From: Paraspadella gotoi
Taxonomy: Eukaryota > Animalia > Chaetognatha
DNA length: 64,000 nt
Direction: 5' to 3'
Assembly: GCA_051294375.1 (NCBI GenBank)
Contig: CM119269.1
Location: forward strand, 584,272 to 648,271
Shown here one piece after another: positions 15,769 through 28,921 of the stretch (position 1 is its first letter; each line of letters begins with the position of its first letter). The position numbers were made by a program, and so were the translations under genes. Below the pieces are notes generated by a model that searched no databases, was not told the DNA's origin, and worked only from the letters and a program-made list of their open reading frames with translations.

Positions 15769-17112
15769 AAACGTATGAAAATAATTTTAACCTTCATTCC
15801 ATTCTCTGCGTTCAAAGTTTTTAAATGGGGTAAGAAATATTTTTTGTCGATCGTAAAAAAATTTTTATTTTCATACCTCAGTTAAAATGCTTTGTAATTG
15901 ACAATTGCTTCGAAATCAAATGATATTTAGGACAACAGTATCAACTATTTATACCATATGCATTTTCTTTTACTTGGACGGATTGTTACTTAAATGCCCT
16001 CAAATTGTGCCAAGCTTGTATTTGTATTACAAAGAATTATCAATCTTGTATCAAGACAATAATAATAATACAAAGATTTAAATTGAGATTTAAAGCATTT
16101 TGTTTATGTTTTGCTGAAAATATTCTTTGTTATTTACCAAATATAATTGACAAGCTCTGTTTGTTTTTCCAAGGTCTATTCTTGAACTGACAACTTGAGA
16201 TCGGAATAATGTATTCAAGTAAAATGTTATGAGGCAGAAACAATTGATTTTTACAAGCTATTCTATAAAAAATAATTATTTTTTGACAATTTTCTTGAAC
16301 TTTCAATCCAAGTTTTTTTATTTTTTAAGTTGGATAGTGATAGAACAATTCTCGCTTTATTTCTCTAAAGTCAGGTATCAAGAAAATAAAAAAAATGAAG
16401 GCCTATGATATTTACAGAAGGATCACTTCAGTCTCCTAATTCCACTTGTGATATAAAAATTATCAATTAATTCATGACAACTGAAAATCAGTGGCTGCAC
16501 CCATACATGTAATTTGCATTTAAAGATTAAATCTAACTGTTATATATTTATATTATGGCAAGAATAATAATTTGTTAATCGAAATAATTTTTATATTTTT
16601 TAAAAATTTATTTAATTGTATTCATTTTTTCAACTTGTATCATTTTTTCTGAATGCATCGTTTTTTCTACTATTATTATTTTCTATAGTATTATTTACAT
16701 CAAGATCTCTTCAGTCTCTTCTATTTCTAATTGAACTTGTGAAATAAAAACTCTGTTTGATCAACGATCAATACTTTGCCCCCTTTTTACCTCTTTCACA
16801 TGTGGATGTTTATAGGACATTTTATAATTTTGTAATTCTTTAATTTTTTAATTATAATAGAAATCTATTCGAATTATTTTTACTTCACAAAAATGATTTT
16901 TCGGACCTTAAATTATTTTCTCGTCATTCAGTCTTTTACTTACACATTTATCCAAAATTATCACAACCTCAGTTTACACTTCGCTTTTTTCTATTTGAAT
17001 AAGTGATTACTAATTGATAAAATTAGATGCTCATATAATTTATGGCTTTTAATGTAAGAAATGGAAATACAACAATTAATGAGATCCTTACGGAAATCAG
17101 AATGACAAAACG

Positions 17113-20100
17113 TTATATGTTCTTCTTTGGAAAACCACTCCTTGGATGTCTCTTTGAATGCGCGCGAAAGTCAGCGAAATCGGAGCAGGCGAAAGAACAG
17201 TGGCGGCATTTGTAACGCCTTAAGGAAGAACGCAAACGTTCAATGGAAGTTTTGAGCAGCCGCTTGACGACGGGCGATCGTTTGAATTTTCGCGGCGTTC
17301 TTTTTTTTGAAGTGCCTTTGGTAGTTCTTAGTTTCTCCGCGGGAGGCTTCTCTTTCCGTTTCGACGCTGAGCATTTCACGAACGAATTAAGATGCGTGTT
17401 AAGCGCGTGTCGGAGGTCAAAACGATCCCCACAGCGAGGGCAGGGCCAGCCTTGACCCTCGTTAGTTTCGATCCTGGCCAAAAGTTGGTCCAAATCTTCT
17501 GAACCGTGTTGGTTCCGAGAATGAGCTCTGAGGCTCGACGTTCTCTCAAAGTGACGCCAGCAAAGTCTGCAATTCCAGCCGAGACCGAAGTTAGTCTCAA
17601 CTTCCTCCATCACAGCCTGCGCGTCCAAGACCGGTCCGTGGGCCCGACGTGAGTGAAGTGTCAAACACGATTGTGAGGGGAGGGTGGCTCGGCATTCGTT
17701 ACATGAAACGAGACAATCAATATCAAATTCTTTAGGGACGTTCTGTTTAGAAGTAATTTTTATGGGTGAAGGCTCTACCTCAGAGACTTCCTTTACTTCC
17801 TCGATATCCTCCACGGCGGGCGGTATGTCTATCTTGACAATGTCTAAAGCCTTCGGCGCCGAGCTTTTTTTAACCGAATCCCCGACCTCCACCGTTCGTA
17901 ATACCGCGTTTTGTCGCAATGTTTTTCCATGTCGTTCGGATAGGTGAATGGCGAGGTGATTGCGTTGGACGAACTGCTCCTGGCAAACTTCGCAAATAAG
18001 CCTCACATTGAGAGAATGGTCCGACTTCTGATGCTCTTGCAAAGAGTTGGCGTCGAGGAATAACGCCTCGCAGAGAGGACGGTCACACGGATAAAGGCGC
18101 GTTTCCTTTTGGTTTTGGAGCTGAATGCGTCCGATGTTTCTGATCGTGGAGAAAGCGTTTTCGTCATTCTTCGATAAATTTTTTACAGGAACGCTCGTAA
18201 GACGCAAAGCGTTTCCAGCACGGACGACGTTGTTAGAGTTGGCCTCGACAATCTTGACGTTTTTGCCAAAAAGGATTTTTCCAACTTTCGATCGAGCCAA
18301 GATTCTCACACGATCGAGGGCGCGGCCAGAGATGGAAACATGTCCAGATTGGGAGATTTGAAGTGGACGGGAACTGGCGCCGGTGCCGGAAAGGGACTCG
18401 GGGACATTGGGGGGACGAGCTTCGCAAATAGTCTTAGGGATTGAATCGGCTTCTTTGGCAGACTTTTTTGGAGAGACGAACTTAGGAGCGCCATGGAATT
18501 TCTCATTGTGATCTCGTAATTGGTCTTCGGTGCTGAATATGCTGTCGCAACCGTCGCGAAGGCAATATTGAAAGAAGATGCGTTTCATGAAGGGATTTTC
18601 AAAGTCCTCTTTGCCCAGTTGTTCGGCCAGTGAAAGGGACTTTTCCGGAAGAGGGGCTGGCAAAAATTTGAAGTAAGTAAAAATAAGTAAAAATATAAAT
18701 ACATAGTGACAAATTTACAAGCGACGGTAAAAAAACGCTGTCATTTGCAAACCAGTGGTTATTTCGTTGATTTTAAAAATTAGTTGAGTAGAAAATATTA
18801 AAGTTATTTATATGTTTAAATTTTCTATTGATCAGTTAAGATATGCATTGACAATGAGAATGACAATGAGAAAGTTAGCTTTTAAAATCGGGTTTCATTT
18901 TCCAACACTGTTTTTAAATTCAATTTTTTTTACTTTTAGCACTTTTTTAAACAAAGTATTTAATATTTATTAAGATATTAACAATATTAATATCCTCAGA
19001 AAGCCTTTAAAAAAATGAGAAAATTATATACTTACGAAAGCTCTAACATAAAAATTAAGCTGCCCAGCCTTGGTTCAATGAACAGGGTCAAAATGAATTA
19101 TTTAAAATTTTAAATCTTTTTTAAAATATATGACCTTTTAAATTATTATAACATAAAATATTATTATTTATATAAGTATCATGAAAGAGCCTAAAAAAAG
19201 ATTTAAGATAACCAATCACAATTTGATAAAAATCTTAAATTTACCTTCCAGCTATTGATTTTTGGAAAGATGTCTCGTTTTTGAGTATCCTAATTAAATT
19301 AAAACTGGGCCAGTTAAATTTTATACTACAGTATTCATAAGTACGTCATTCTCTTTAGATTTGAAAAGCCTTTCAGAAGATAATAATATTAATATTATTT
19401 TATTTTAATTTTTTTTAAAAACTTACTGAAAGTAAAAAAAAATCGAATCTAAAAAAAGTTAGTTGAAAAATCAGAGACGATTTTCAAATCCATCTTCCAG
19501 CTATCATTGCTGAGGCATATCAAAATCGATTCTGATAAAATTTGCATATATAAATAATTTGGGTTTTTACTTTTAAATTCATATTTAACATTAAAAAAAT
19601 TCAAAATCTTACCGGCGCTTATAAAATTGTCACCATGTATTTATATTTTTACTGAAAGGCTAAACATAAAAATACTTATTTTTGATACATAACTTTTTTT
19701 TAATAATCTTTATAAAGCCCTGCAGCATACCAATTGTTTAATTTGAACAGTTTCACCCTGATATTTTCTAGTTATTTTGACATTTTTAACCTATAGACTT
19801 CGTTGTATCCATGTCCGCCTGGGAAGGATGCTTTTTTTTCATATGATTAAGCAGCTTCTGTCGGTCGTGAAAGAAAGCGGCGCACATAGAGCAGTCGAGA
19901 CGATTGCCACTGTAAAATTACAAAACATTTATTTCAGGTAATTACATTTTCTTAAGTATATTTACAATTTTTTTTAAACAAGGATTTGTAAGTTGACCCA
20001 TTAAAATTCTTTTTCAACTTTTTTTATTGAATATCTGTTGAAAATAAGGAGGATAAAATCATTCCAGGTAAAAAGAAACCCAGTGGAACTTACCGACAGT

Positions 20101-21508
20101 TTTTTACGTGACCTCCAAGCTGTTGACGCGACTCGCACTGAACGCCGCAAACATCACACGTGTATTCAGGGTTGGATTTCGCGGCAGCGCCGTCGCACTT
20201 GTGACTAAATAGAAAGAGTTTGTTGGAAAAGGTTCCGTTGCACTTGAAGCAGTGGGGAAAGTCTCCGTCATCGTCGGCGCACATCGACTGAGAAAGAACG
20301 TCGGCGTAGTTTTGTGTGTGGACGTTGTAGGCGTGCTTCTTGAGAGAGGACTCGAGGGGAAACTCGGATCCGCAAGCGGCGCAGCGGTAGCGAACCTCCC
20401 CGACGAAGCTCGTCTTACGAGCCGGTGTCAGCGGCGCCGCGTCGTCAACGTCGTCGTCGTTCAAAACTATCGTTTCCTGTGGGTCCCCATTTTCAAACTG
20501 TGCTTCGGACAGAATTTTCTTGGGCGAGATCCGATTGTTCGTCGAAGGGTTTACGAGACTCTCGGCTCTCGGATCTTTTATCGGTGCATCCGCGTGCCGA
20601 CGTATGTTGGGGACGTAGACTTTATTCTGATGCACGGTACGCTGGTGTTCCCGGAGATTTTCAAGATCGTCGTAGTAGATTCGACACTCGACGCAGGTCC
20701 ATCGATTCGTCTTGACCCACTTTCCGTCGCGTTTCACGTCGTTGACGAGGTCTTCGATCGGCATCGGCAGCACCACCCTCTCCGGTCCGGAGAAGGCAGG
20801 ACCCTTTCCGACGAGCGGTTGCTCACTCGACGTTTCATCCGACAAGCTGACCGACTGAATGTCAACGATGGGATTTTCTCGCGCCCCTCGCTTTGCTGCT
20901 TCCGACTCGCGAGCCATCTTGAGAAGACGCGCCTCCGCGTCGGGTGCGGTGAAGAGGGCATTGTCGAGGCCCAGGCCGTTTAATTCCGACGCCTCAACCG
21001 GGACGAGCGTTACCGCCGACGCCTCTGGAGACTTTCCCTTTCCGGAAGTGAGCATTTCGACGACGGCTTCGTCGGAGATTTCATCCGGCCGCGTCGACGA
21101 GAGAGAAACCGGTGGCGGGGGAGTCGGCTTTTGAAACTGCGGCCTCGGCGAAGGGGAAAAGCTTTTAGGAAGGAGAAACCTGGATTTGCCGGCGGACTGG
21201 CTCGCCAGCAAACGCGGCGTTTGCCCACCCATTGTCTTTTGTAGTAACTTTTGAATCTCTGCAGGATTTTTGGAGTTAAGGGGACCTTTTACTTTGATGA
21301 CGACCTTTTTTCCGCCTCCTGAACATTTAGCCAGGGCTGCTTGGAGCGCTTGGCCGCTCGCCATTCCAGGTGGCAATTTGATTACTGTGGTTTTACCACG
21401 CCCCAATGAAAGAGAGGGGGCGGGTGTTCCCTGACTCGTGCGAATCGACATTGAGGAAGACCCGGATCCCGTCTCGTTCTTTTTATTGAAGACGGAATTT
21501 GACGCCAT
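17113..21508 (-). CDS. Multi-C2H2 zinc-finger protein (~12 dispersed fingers); coding exons 21508-20094, 19909-19791, 18656-17113
   Basis: Repeated CxxC...HxxxxH motifs (CVEC, CAAC, CDVC, CSMC, CEVC, CNEC, CRLC, CPRC, CRHC). Phase-consistent GT-AG junctions join the two long ORFs through a 119-nt middle exon encoding another finger. Confidence 0.85.
18686..19653. mobile_element. Degenerate foldback/MITE-like element with ~350-380 nt inverted arms in the zinc-finger gene intron
   Basis: 18686-18730 (agtaaaaatataaatacatagtgacaaatttacaagcgacggtaa) is the near-exact reverse complement of 19609-19653. Complementarity continues inward to ~19067/19305. Confidence 0.7.
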
Positions 21509-22030
21509 CGTCAAAACTAAAAAATAAAAGATAATAAATTACAATAAAAATATTTCATTTCGAACGGATGACGATTACAATTGGTAGAATTACTCATTTA
21601 GTAATTAATTAACATCCCTTTAAAATACTTTGCCTTACCTAGCGATCAGCGGTCAATTCAATTAAAACTTTTTCGTTATTCGTTATTCGTTATTCGCCGA
21701 AAGCGTGGATAAAAGAGGCGTAAAAGAACCCAGTGCATGCTGCGCCATCATGATTACGCATCTGATTAAGGCATCGCCAGTCGCCAGCGCCGCCAGACGG
21801 AAGACGAGTCCGATCATGCAGCGCTTTTTGTCTCGCTCCGCTCAACTCTGCCGCGTGAGGGTAGGACGGACTGCGGGCAACGTCGCTGGCGTGTGTCTTT
21901 TGTTTGCGCAGCGTTAGGTCTTAATACGTGGGGGCGGATAACGAGAGACACGGGAAGAGTGACGAGATGATCCGTACCCTAGGATTTTGATACCAATTTT
22001 ATGGCCGACGAAAAACTATGAAATTCCTTC

Positions 22031-22040
22031 NNNNNNNNNN
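22031..22040. other. Assembly gap (N run)
   Basis: 10 N characters. Confidence 1.
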
Positions 22041-22898
22041 GACGTTACAGGAATTTTTGAAAGAGGCTCGAAAAGATGGTGCAAACATTCCCGGACCGAT
22101 ACCGATAGTCCGAGGCTCACTTAACAGTAAACACAACGACAACGACTAGAGAATGAAAGTGATCTCAGCAGTAGGGCCAATCTTTGTCAATAGGGTGGGT
22201 CAGACGTTTTATTTGGGAACCTTCCCAAATGAAACTTCATATATTTCTGAGAAAACTTTCAATGGACCAAAATTTTCTAAAATAGCTTTTAATTTTTTTA
22301 TTTTTAAAAGCAGATTAAGATAAGTTGTCTACACAAAGTATAATTCTTTTGATGATTTTGATGATAAATGAATCAAAATTAGAAAAAACCTTAAAAAATT
22401 ATTATCATCATCCAATGATTTTAGCAGTTTTTGATAATTTTTAGTAATAAAACATTAAAATTTTAAAAAGTTATAATTACTTTTTTTGCTTAACTTTTTA
22501 GCTCTATCAGAACCAATTAAAAAACTTGAAATATTCAACAACAAAAATTATACAACATAGCAATATAATAATTTAAATTAGCGAATTATACAAGGTTCGG
22601 AACATTTTTTCAAAAAAATATTTTAACACAATAATGAATACCGATAGTGGATTTGTTTAATGCGGTTCCCATTAAAATTTGAATTTGGTCGGCCACCGCT
22701 ATCAGCAGTTTTAATGGTAAATTTAATTAATTACTTGTTTTACTAATCACTACTTGAAACATTTGCCTGCGGCCCTATATAATTAAAACACTAATGGCTT
22801 CAGAAAAAATTATATTTGTAATCGCAAAAAAAAATCAAGAGAAGTTAAAGATCGCCCTGTACAAAATATATACACTTGGTTCGAGTATATATACGGTT

Positions 22899-24625
22899 TT
22901 ATAGTTTGGTGGTTTCTCCTTTATCCACAACGCTGTAAATGGGATTGCTGCTGACGTCGTCTTCGTCATCGATCTTAAAATTCTCCTCCAAGTTTTCCTC
23001 TTCAAAAGCCTCGTCGTCGTCGTCGTCGTCGTAATTCTTATTCTCGACCGTAAACCTCGTCAACTTGTCTCCTCCGTCGCCTCCATCGCCCGCGCCGCTG
23101 TAACCGCGATTGTCTTTGCCCGAAAGCGAGCGGCGGGCGGAGCTATCTTTGTTCCACGCAGATACGGGTTCGCTTTTTTTAGTTCTCTCGAGTTTGATGA
23201 CGTCGGGAGTCGCGTCCTTCAGCCAATCTTGCCAAGCATTGGACAAGTACCGCTTCTTACGGTAGCGTACAATCCCCATGGCCAAGACCGCGAGGACGAT
23301 CAAAAAGACGACGCCGCCGACAACCCCGCCGACGATGACGGTCCAAACGGATGCATTGTCCGGCTTCGCCGTCATCATCGTCAAATAATCACCATATTCC
23401 TCGAGTCGTCTTTGTACGTCGCCTCGGTTCGACCGATCGGACGAATTGGATGCCGCCTTAGAGAAGACCAGAAAGCGATACGTGGTTTCGGGGCGAAGGC
23501 CTAAACAATTTTGGCTTCGCTAAACTTCTTTGTCGCAGATGATTTGAGTGGATTATATTCGTACCGCTCATCACGAAGTTCGGTTGAGAGGAGGTTTGCG
23601 TCCGAACCAGGATCCACTCTCGATCATCGACGGCTGCTTCTCGTCGTACCCTCGCGTCCGCGACCATGCGAAGTTCGTAGACCTCGCAAATGAAGGTTTG
23701 AGCCGCTCCGCCGTTCCAGCCTCAGAAAGTCAATTTTAAAAAAATTAATCAAACAATCATTCAATGAACAAATGAACAAATCAATGATTGTAAAATTTTA
23801 CATGCTATTTATCGCTCTGATGAGTGAATTACTAGATACCCCGTGTCCGTTCGCGAGTGACACCAAAAAAATCTTTACTCTACTTTAAATATTTAATTAA
23901 TATAATACATAAGTATATCATTAGTTGGAGAACTACTGGACGTTTTTTATGTATAAGTTTCATTTCGTGTTTAATTCATTTACTATTCTGTTTAATTTTT
24001 TATCTTACACAGCAAAATTAGGCGTGTTCTTGATTGAATTTATAAAAAAATTACATCATAAGAAATCCATATTAATTGTCTAATCAATGACGTATCTGAA
24101 TTGTCGTAATGTTAAGTAATTTCTGAGTAATATTTTTTAATAGTTAGTCCTTTAAAATAATTAAATAGTTTACTTAATCAGATCAGAAGCTAATACTCAC
24201 CCGCGATGCAATTGATGACGATCTCATTTTGGCCCGCGTTGGCCGTGCAATTGACCGGCGCATCAGGCACGGAGGGGACGACGCGAACGGTTGCCTCGCC
24301 CGTCCCGTATGGATTAGTGGCGTTACAAGCGAACAAACCGAACATGTCCCTGGTGACGTTTCGTAGGACGAGCGTCATCTCATCTCCATAGTCGTTGGCG
24401 ATCGTTTCGAGAGCGACTCCGAGTTGACGCCAGGAAAAGCGAAAGGGTGGAGGATCGGACATCAAGGGGCAGCGGATAGAAACGAGACCACCCTGGTCCA
24501 CGAAATATTCGGTAGACGCCTAAACGTTGGTCACAAGAAGTCAAAATAAGTTGGAACTCGTTTGTATTAAAAGCGAANNNNNNNNNNTAGAACAATAGAA
24601 CATCAACACAACAACAACAATAAAA

Positions 24626-24690
<65 letters not shown>

Positions 24691-27600
24691 CAATAACAAA
24701 AAAAAACTTATGAGAATAAGAAAAATAAAATATAACAATAGAACACCAACACAACAAAAAAAACAAAAACAAGAAGAAGAAAAAGAAGAAGAAGAAGAAG
24801 AAGAAGAAGAAGAAGAAGAAGAAGAAGAAGAAGAAGAAGAAGAAGAAAGGGAAAAAAATCAAAAAGCCTAGAACCTGGGGATCGACTTTAGGCGCTATGA
24901 CGAGATTGATCCAAAACTGGGCTGACGCCTTCACGTCAACCGCGTCGTTGGTGGCCAGGCAACGAACTCCGACGTATTTTGAGTTTCCGCCCATCGTGAA
25001 AAACAGGGTGGAGCCGCTTTCGCTCCCCGATCTCTCTTCACCGTTCACGAACCACCTTTGAAAAAAATGCTCAAAAATTCCCGACATATATAAATATATT
25101 AATATAAATGGAATATATCTGAATTAAATAAAATGACATCGTTATTCATCTAGATGTAATTTTCTAATTGAATCTCCTCACCGGACCGAGTGCCCAGGTC
25201 GGGATTCCTCGACCTTGCAATCCAAACGGACGACCCGACCCTCCATCGCCGACGCGTTTCCGGCCTGACCGTTGGCGAGCAATTGGATCGAGTCTGGTCC
25301 GCGGGCGATCTGAATTGTACGCGAATCCTCCAAAGTTAAGTCGTTGAGCGAAGACTCGGCGACGCAAAGAACCAAAGCGCCGTCGAGAGAGGCGTTGATT
25401 CGAACTTGTCGCTGCGATCGAGACATATCCAGAGTCTCCCCGTCGATAGAGAGCCGAATCGACGCCGGAGGATTTCCCGGCGTCGTGAGCGAACACGAGA
25501 GCGAGAGAGTGCTGTTTTCCAAAATCCAGCCTGCTTGATTACCCATACCCTCCAATTTGACGCCGGCCGGTGGAAACGTCACGTTCAACGTAGCGGAGGC
25601 GTTGAGAGACGTTCGATCGATCGGATTGACAGCGACGCAACGGACAATAGCGCCGTGATCCGACGCCGTCGGAACGAACGAGATGGTCTCTTCCACGGCA
25701 TCATTGTTGATACGACGCCGAGACGATTGGACAGACTCGGTGAAGACGACGCTATTTTTGGTCCAGACAAACGTCGGGTAGGGGAAACCGTTTGCGGAAC
25801 AAGCGATGATAATGGATCCTCGATCCGCCTCCGCTTCCAAACTTCCATTCATCTTTGCCTCATCCGGTCCATAGATAACTTGCAACGTTTTCGAAGCGAT
25901 CCACGAGGCATTGCGGATGGATTGTTGTGCTAGACACGTCACGTTAAGTCCGCTTCGAGAGCGCGTTGCCGTGAAGTTGACCAAAAGAGGCTCAGGCAGA
26001 GAGTGAGACGACAAGCGTTCCTCGCCTAGAAAAACGGAAAGGTTCGCCGGCGGGTTTCCGTAGACTTTTAGCGAGCATTCCGCAGCGACCGTAGCGCCCT
26101 CTGCGAATAACCCGTCGTCGTTTTTTTCTTTTATAGTCAGTCGAGCCTGCGACGCCGCGAACGTAACCGTCGCTTGGACGGAAACGTTACTTTTGACGTC
26201 GGGAAAAACCGAGTTTGCTGCGTCGCACGTCATGATGGAGGCGTCGTCCGCGGGCGTAGGGGTCCAATTAACCCGACTAACGACTCGGCCATCAGTTTCG
26301 AAGGTCACGAAACTGGTACCGTCAAGTGGTTCGCCGTTCAGCAACCACCTCACGTCAACATCCGGGTGGAAATCAGAAACAACGCAAGCGAACGTAGTCG
26401 GCAACGCTGCCTCAACAACAATTTCCTCGACGATGGCTTCGTCACCGACTCGAAGCGACGTCGTCTTCGGCCCGAAGGCGACGTTAAGGCTAACGTTCGT
26501 TTGCAAGGTTAGGTTGGGGGAAGACGCTCTGCGAGTTTAGACAAGGGTTGGCGTTTCTTACTTTTTTCGTCTTAAAACGTGAACAATATTGTTTCTATAG
26601 CCCAATTACAACCTGCATGCGTAAGTAGCATTGTTGTCGGATTTGGCAGCGATTAACTCTCCTGGAACAAATATGGCGGAAGAGTTGACGGTGGCGCCGT
26701 TAGAGAGAGAAGAGGCATTAATGAGATTTTCGTTGCCTTCCAGGGATCGCAATAGAGACAAAGATGCTCTTGGATTGCCTGAAGAAAGTTATAAAACATC
26801 ATTAGCATTACAAAATAACAAAATTTAAAAAATTCATAAAAACTTGTACGATCTTACCGGGATCCTCGACCGAACAAGAGATAGAAAATCGCTCTCCTTC
26901 TCGGCGCCAATCGGCGTTCCAGTCTCCGGGGCCGATCTCGATTTTCGGCGCCGAGAAATCATAAAGCACCGCGATGGTTTTTGTGACGTTGATGGTTCCG
27001 AATTTGTTAGCGGCGACGCAAGTGATCTTGGCACCGGATAGTCGCCGGTCGACGTTGGGGAGAAGAAGAAGACTTTGAGAGTCGAATCGACCGGGAATCA
27101 ACTGTGAGAAATGAATACAATTTTTTGCCTAGATGATGTTTCCTTAGTGGCGACACAATTCCTCCGAAACTACTCGGAACAATGAATTTCAAAAATAATA
27201 TAAATCAGACACTAACGTTTCCTTCTTCGTCCCGACTTTTAACGTTTTGCTCGTTCCGGACACCCTCGTCGATTCTTTCGCCGTCCTTTTGCCATTCGAT
27301 TTGCGCCGCCGGCGCCGCAGCCGGGGCTCGACACGTCAGCAGCCACTCATTTACTCCTTCGCTGACGACAAGACTGTTAACCTCTGCTCCATCGATTGCG
27401 TTCAGCAACGCTTGTAGCGGTGCGGCGCCACGCCAAAGACTAAGCTCCCTCGCAGCTTCGATCTTCCGGCCCAACGAGGCCGGCGCCGTTCGCAGGTTTA
27501 GACCGAGCTCCACCTTGCAGAAGTAGATGCCAAAGTCCTCGTTGGAGGCGGATTTGACGCGGAGAGAAGCGCGTCCAACGCCTTCATATTTGGAGATCAT

Positions 27601-28198
27601 GGTACTCGTGCTGATGGAAAACGAAATGTTGATGAATACTTTGTAACTAGGCAAAATTTATTCTATCCTTCTGATGGCATTCGTCATCGTGTGTACGCCG
27701 AACATATTATTTCCATTAGGCAAAATAAGGCTGCGACTTTTGCAGTTTTCCCTAGACCCTTTGCGTTTATTTGCTCGTATCATAAGTACTTCGAAAATAC
27801 TGCATGAGCAACATCGTGTTTATTACCAATTTAAACTGAGTTACTCTGCCAGACCTCTGCGTTATCCATTTCTCTCCTTCCCTCAAGGTCCACTCGCGAA
27901 AGCCGACCATGTGTTGAGCGACTTTGACAGGGCTCTGAACAACCGCGTTCTCGAATCTCCGAAATTGCCATTCGACGATTTCCACCTCGACGAGCTCATC
28001 GTAGGATATGCCCGCCAACTCGACCAATGTATCGGGGACAGCAAAGTCGCAGACAAGATCGACATCGGCACCGACGACCTCGTAAACGACGCTACGATTC
28101 ATTGAGACGGTCAGGTAAGGACTGACCAAGGTTTGAGGGCAGCCGAAACGGAGGATAGAAGTCGTCGTAAAAATAAGAAAAATGGAAAAATGAAGCAT
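22899..28198 (-). CDS. Nephrin/sidestep-like type I membrane Ig-superfamily protein (multiple Ig domains + FN3 + TM), multi-exon
   Basis: Signal peptide MLHFSIFLIF..., V-type domain (LVCDF...EWQF...DFGIYFC), several C2-type Ig domains (PPA.L.W, LTC.A.N, .V.YGP), FN3 (CIAGWNGGAAQTF...GLRPETTYRF), TM (VIVGGVVGGVVFLIVLAVLAMGIV), and an acidic tail ending NPIYSVVDKGETTKL. Some internal junctions are uncertain. Confidence 0.8.
24578..24587. other. Assembly gap (N run) in a microsatellite-rich intron
   Basis: 10 N characters. Confidence 1.
24628..24848. repeat. (AAT)n and (GAA)n microsatellites in an intron
   Basis: AAT run at ~24628-24686 and GAA run at ~24770-24848. Confidence 0.95.
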
Positions 28199-28921
28199 CG
28201 TGCTGTAGAATCGTCAAGCGAAAAAAATTCTTATCGTCTCGGATACGTAGCTCGGTCGTGGAATGTTTTTTTCTTTTGTTTTCAAATACGCATAATGAAG
28301 ACTCCCCAGAAACTTCACACCCAAAACCCAACTGCGTTTTTAAGCCGATAATGTGGGAAACAACGTGATCAAGAAACCCTATTAAACCTCCGCATAATTT
28401 GCATAAATATCTCCCTTCGCGGATCTGCTACTCGGGTGAGAAGGAAACTCCCAAGGCTAAATATTTCGACTTTCGTCGCCGGTAGAGAATACCATTATTT
28501 TTTTTCACACGTCATCGCTCTTTTGCCAGGGAGTGATTCGTTTTGTTCGAAAATTATGTAGACAAAACATAGGTTTAGGATTTATCCCAGTTAAGGCGTT
28601 TATAAAATAGGCAGTTAACTTTGCTAAAAAAATCCGATTTGAATTTGAATTATACAGGACAACTAGCTAATTTGTGACTGGTAACTTTAACGTCTCAATC
28701 ATTGTATAAAAGTAGAAATGTAACTAGAAGGCTTTTAATTTATTCGTCATGATTGTAACAAAATATTTCAATAAATATTTACAAAAACCGAAATTATATT
28801 CGTTAAGGTTGATATGGTGGTTTGTATTTTACATGAGGCGTAAAAAATTTGTAGCTACTATTAGCTGGAATGTCCAAGAGCCAACAACAAACCCAAACTA
28901 ATAACAAAATAAGTAACGATA

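Noticed and set aside
17113-21514. Two separate zinc-finger genes
   Set aside because: Phase-compatible splice sites and an intervening finger-coding exon join them into one gene.
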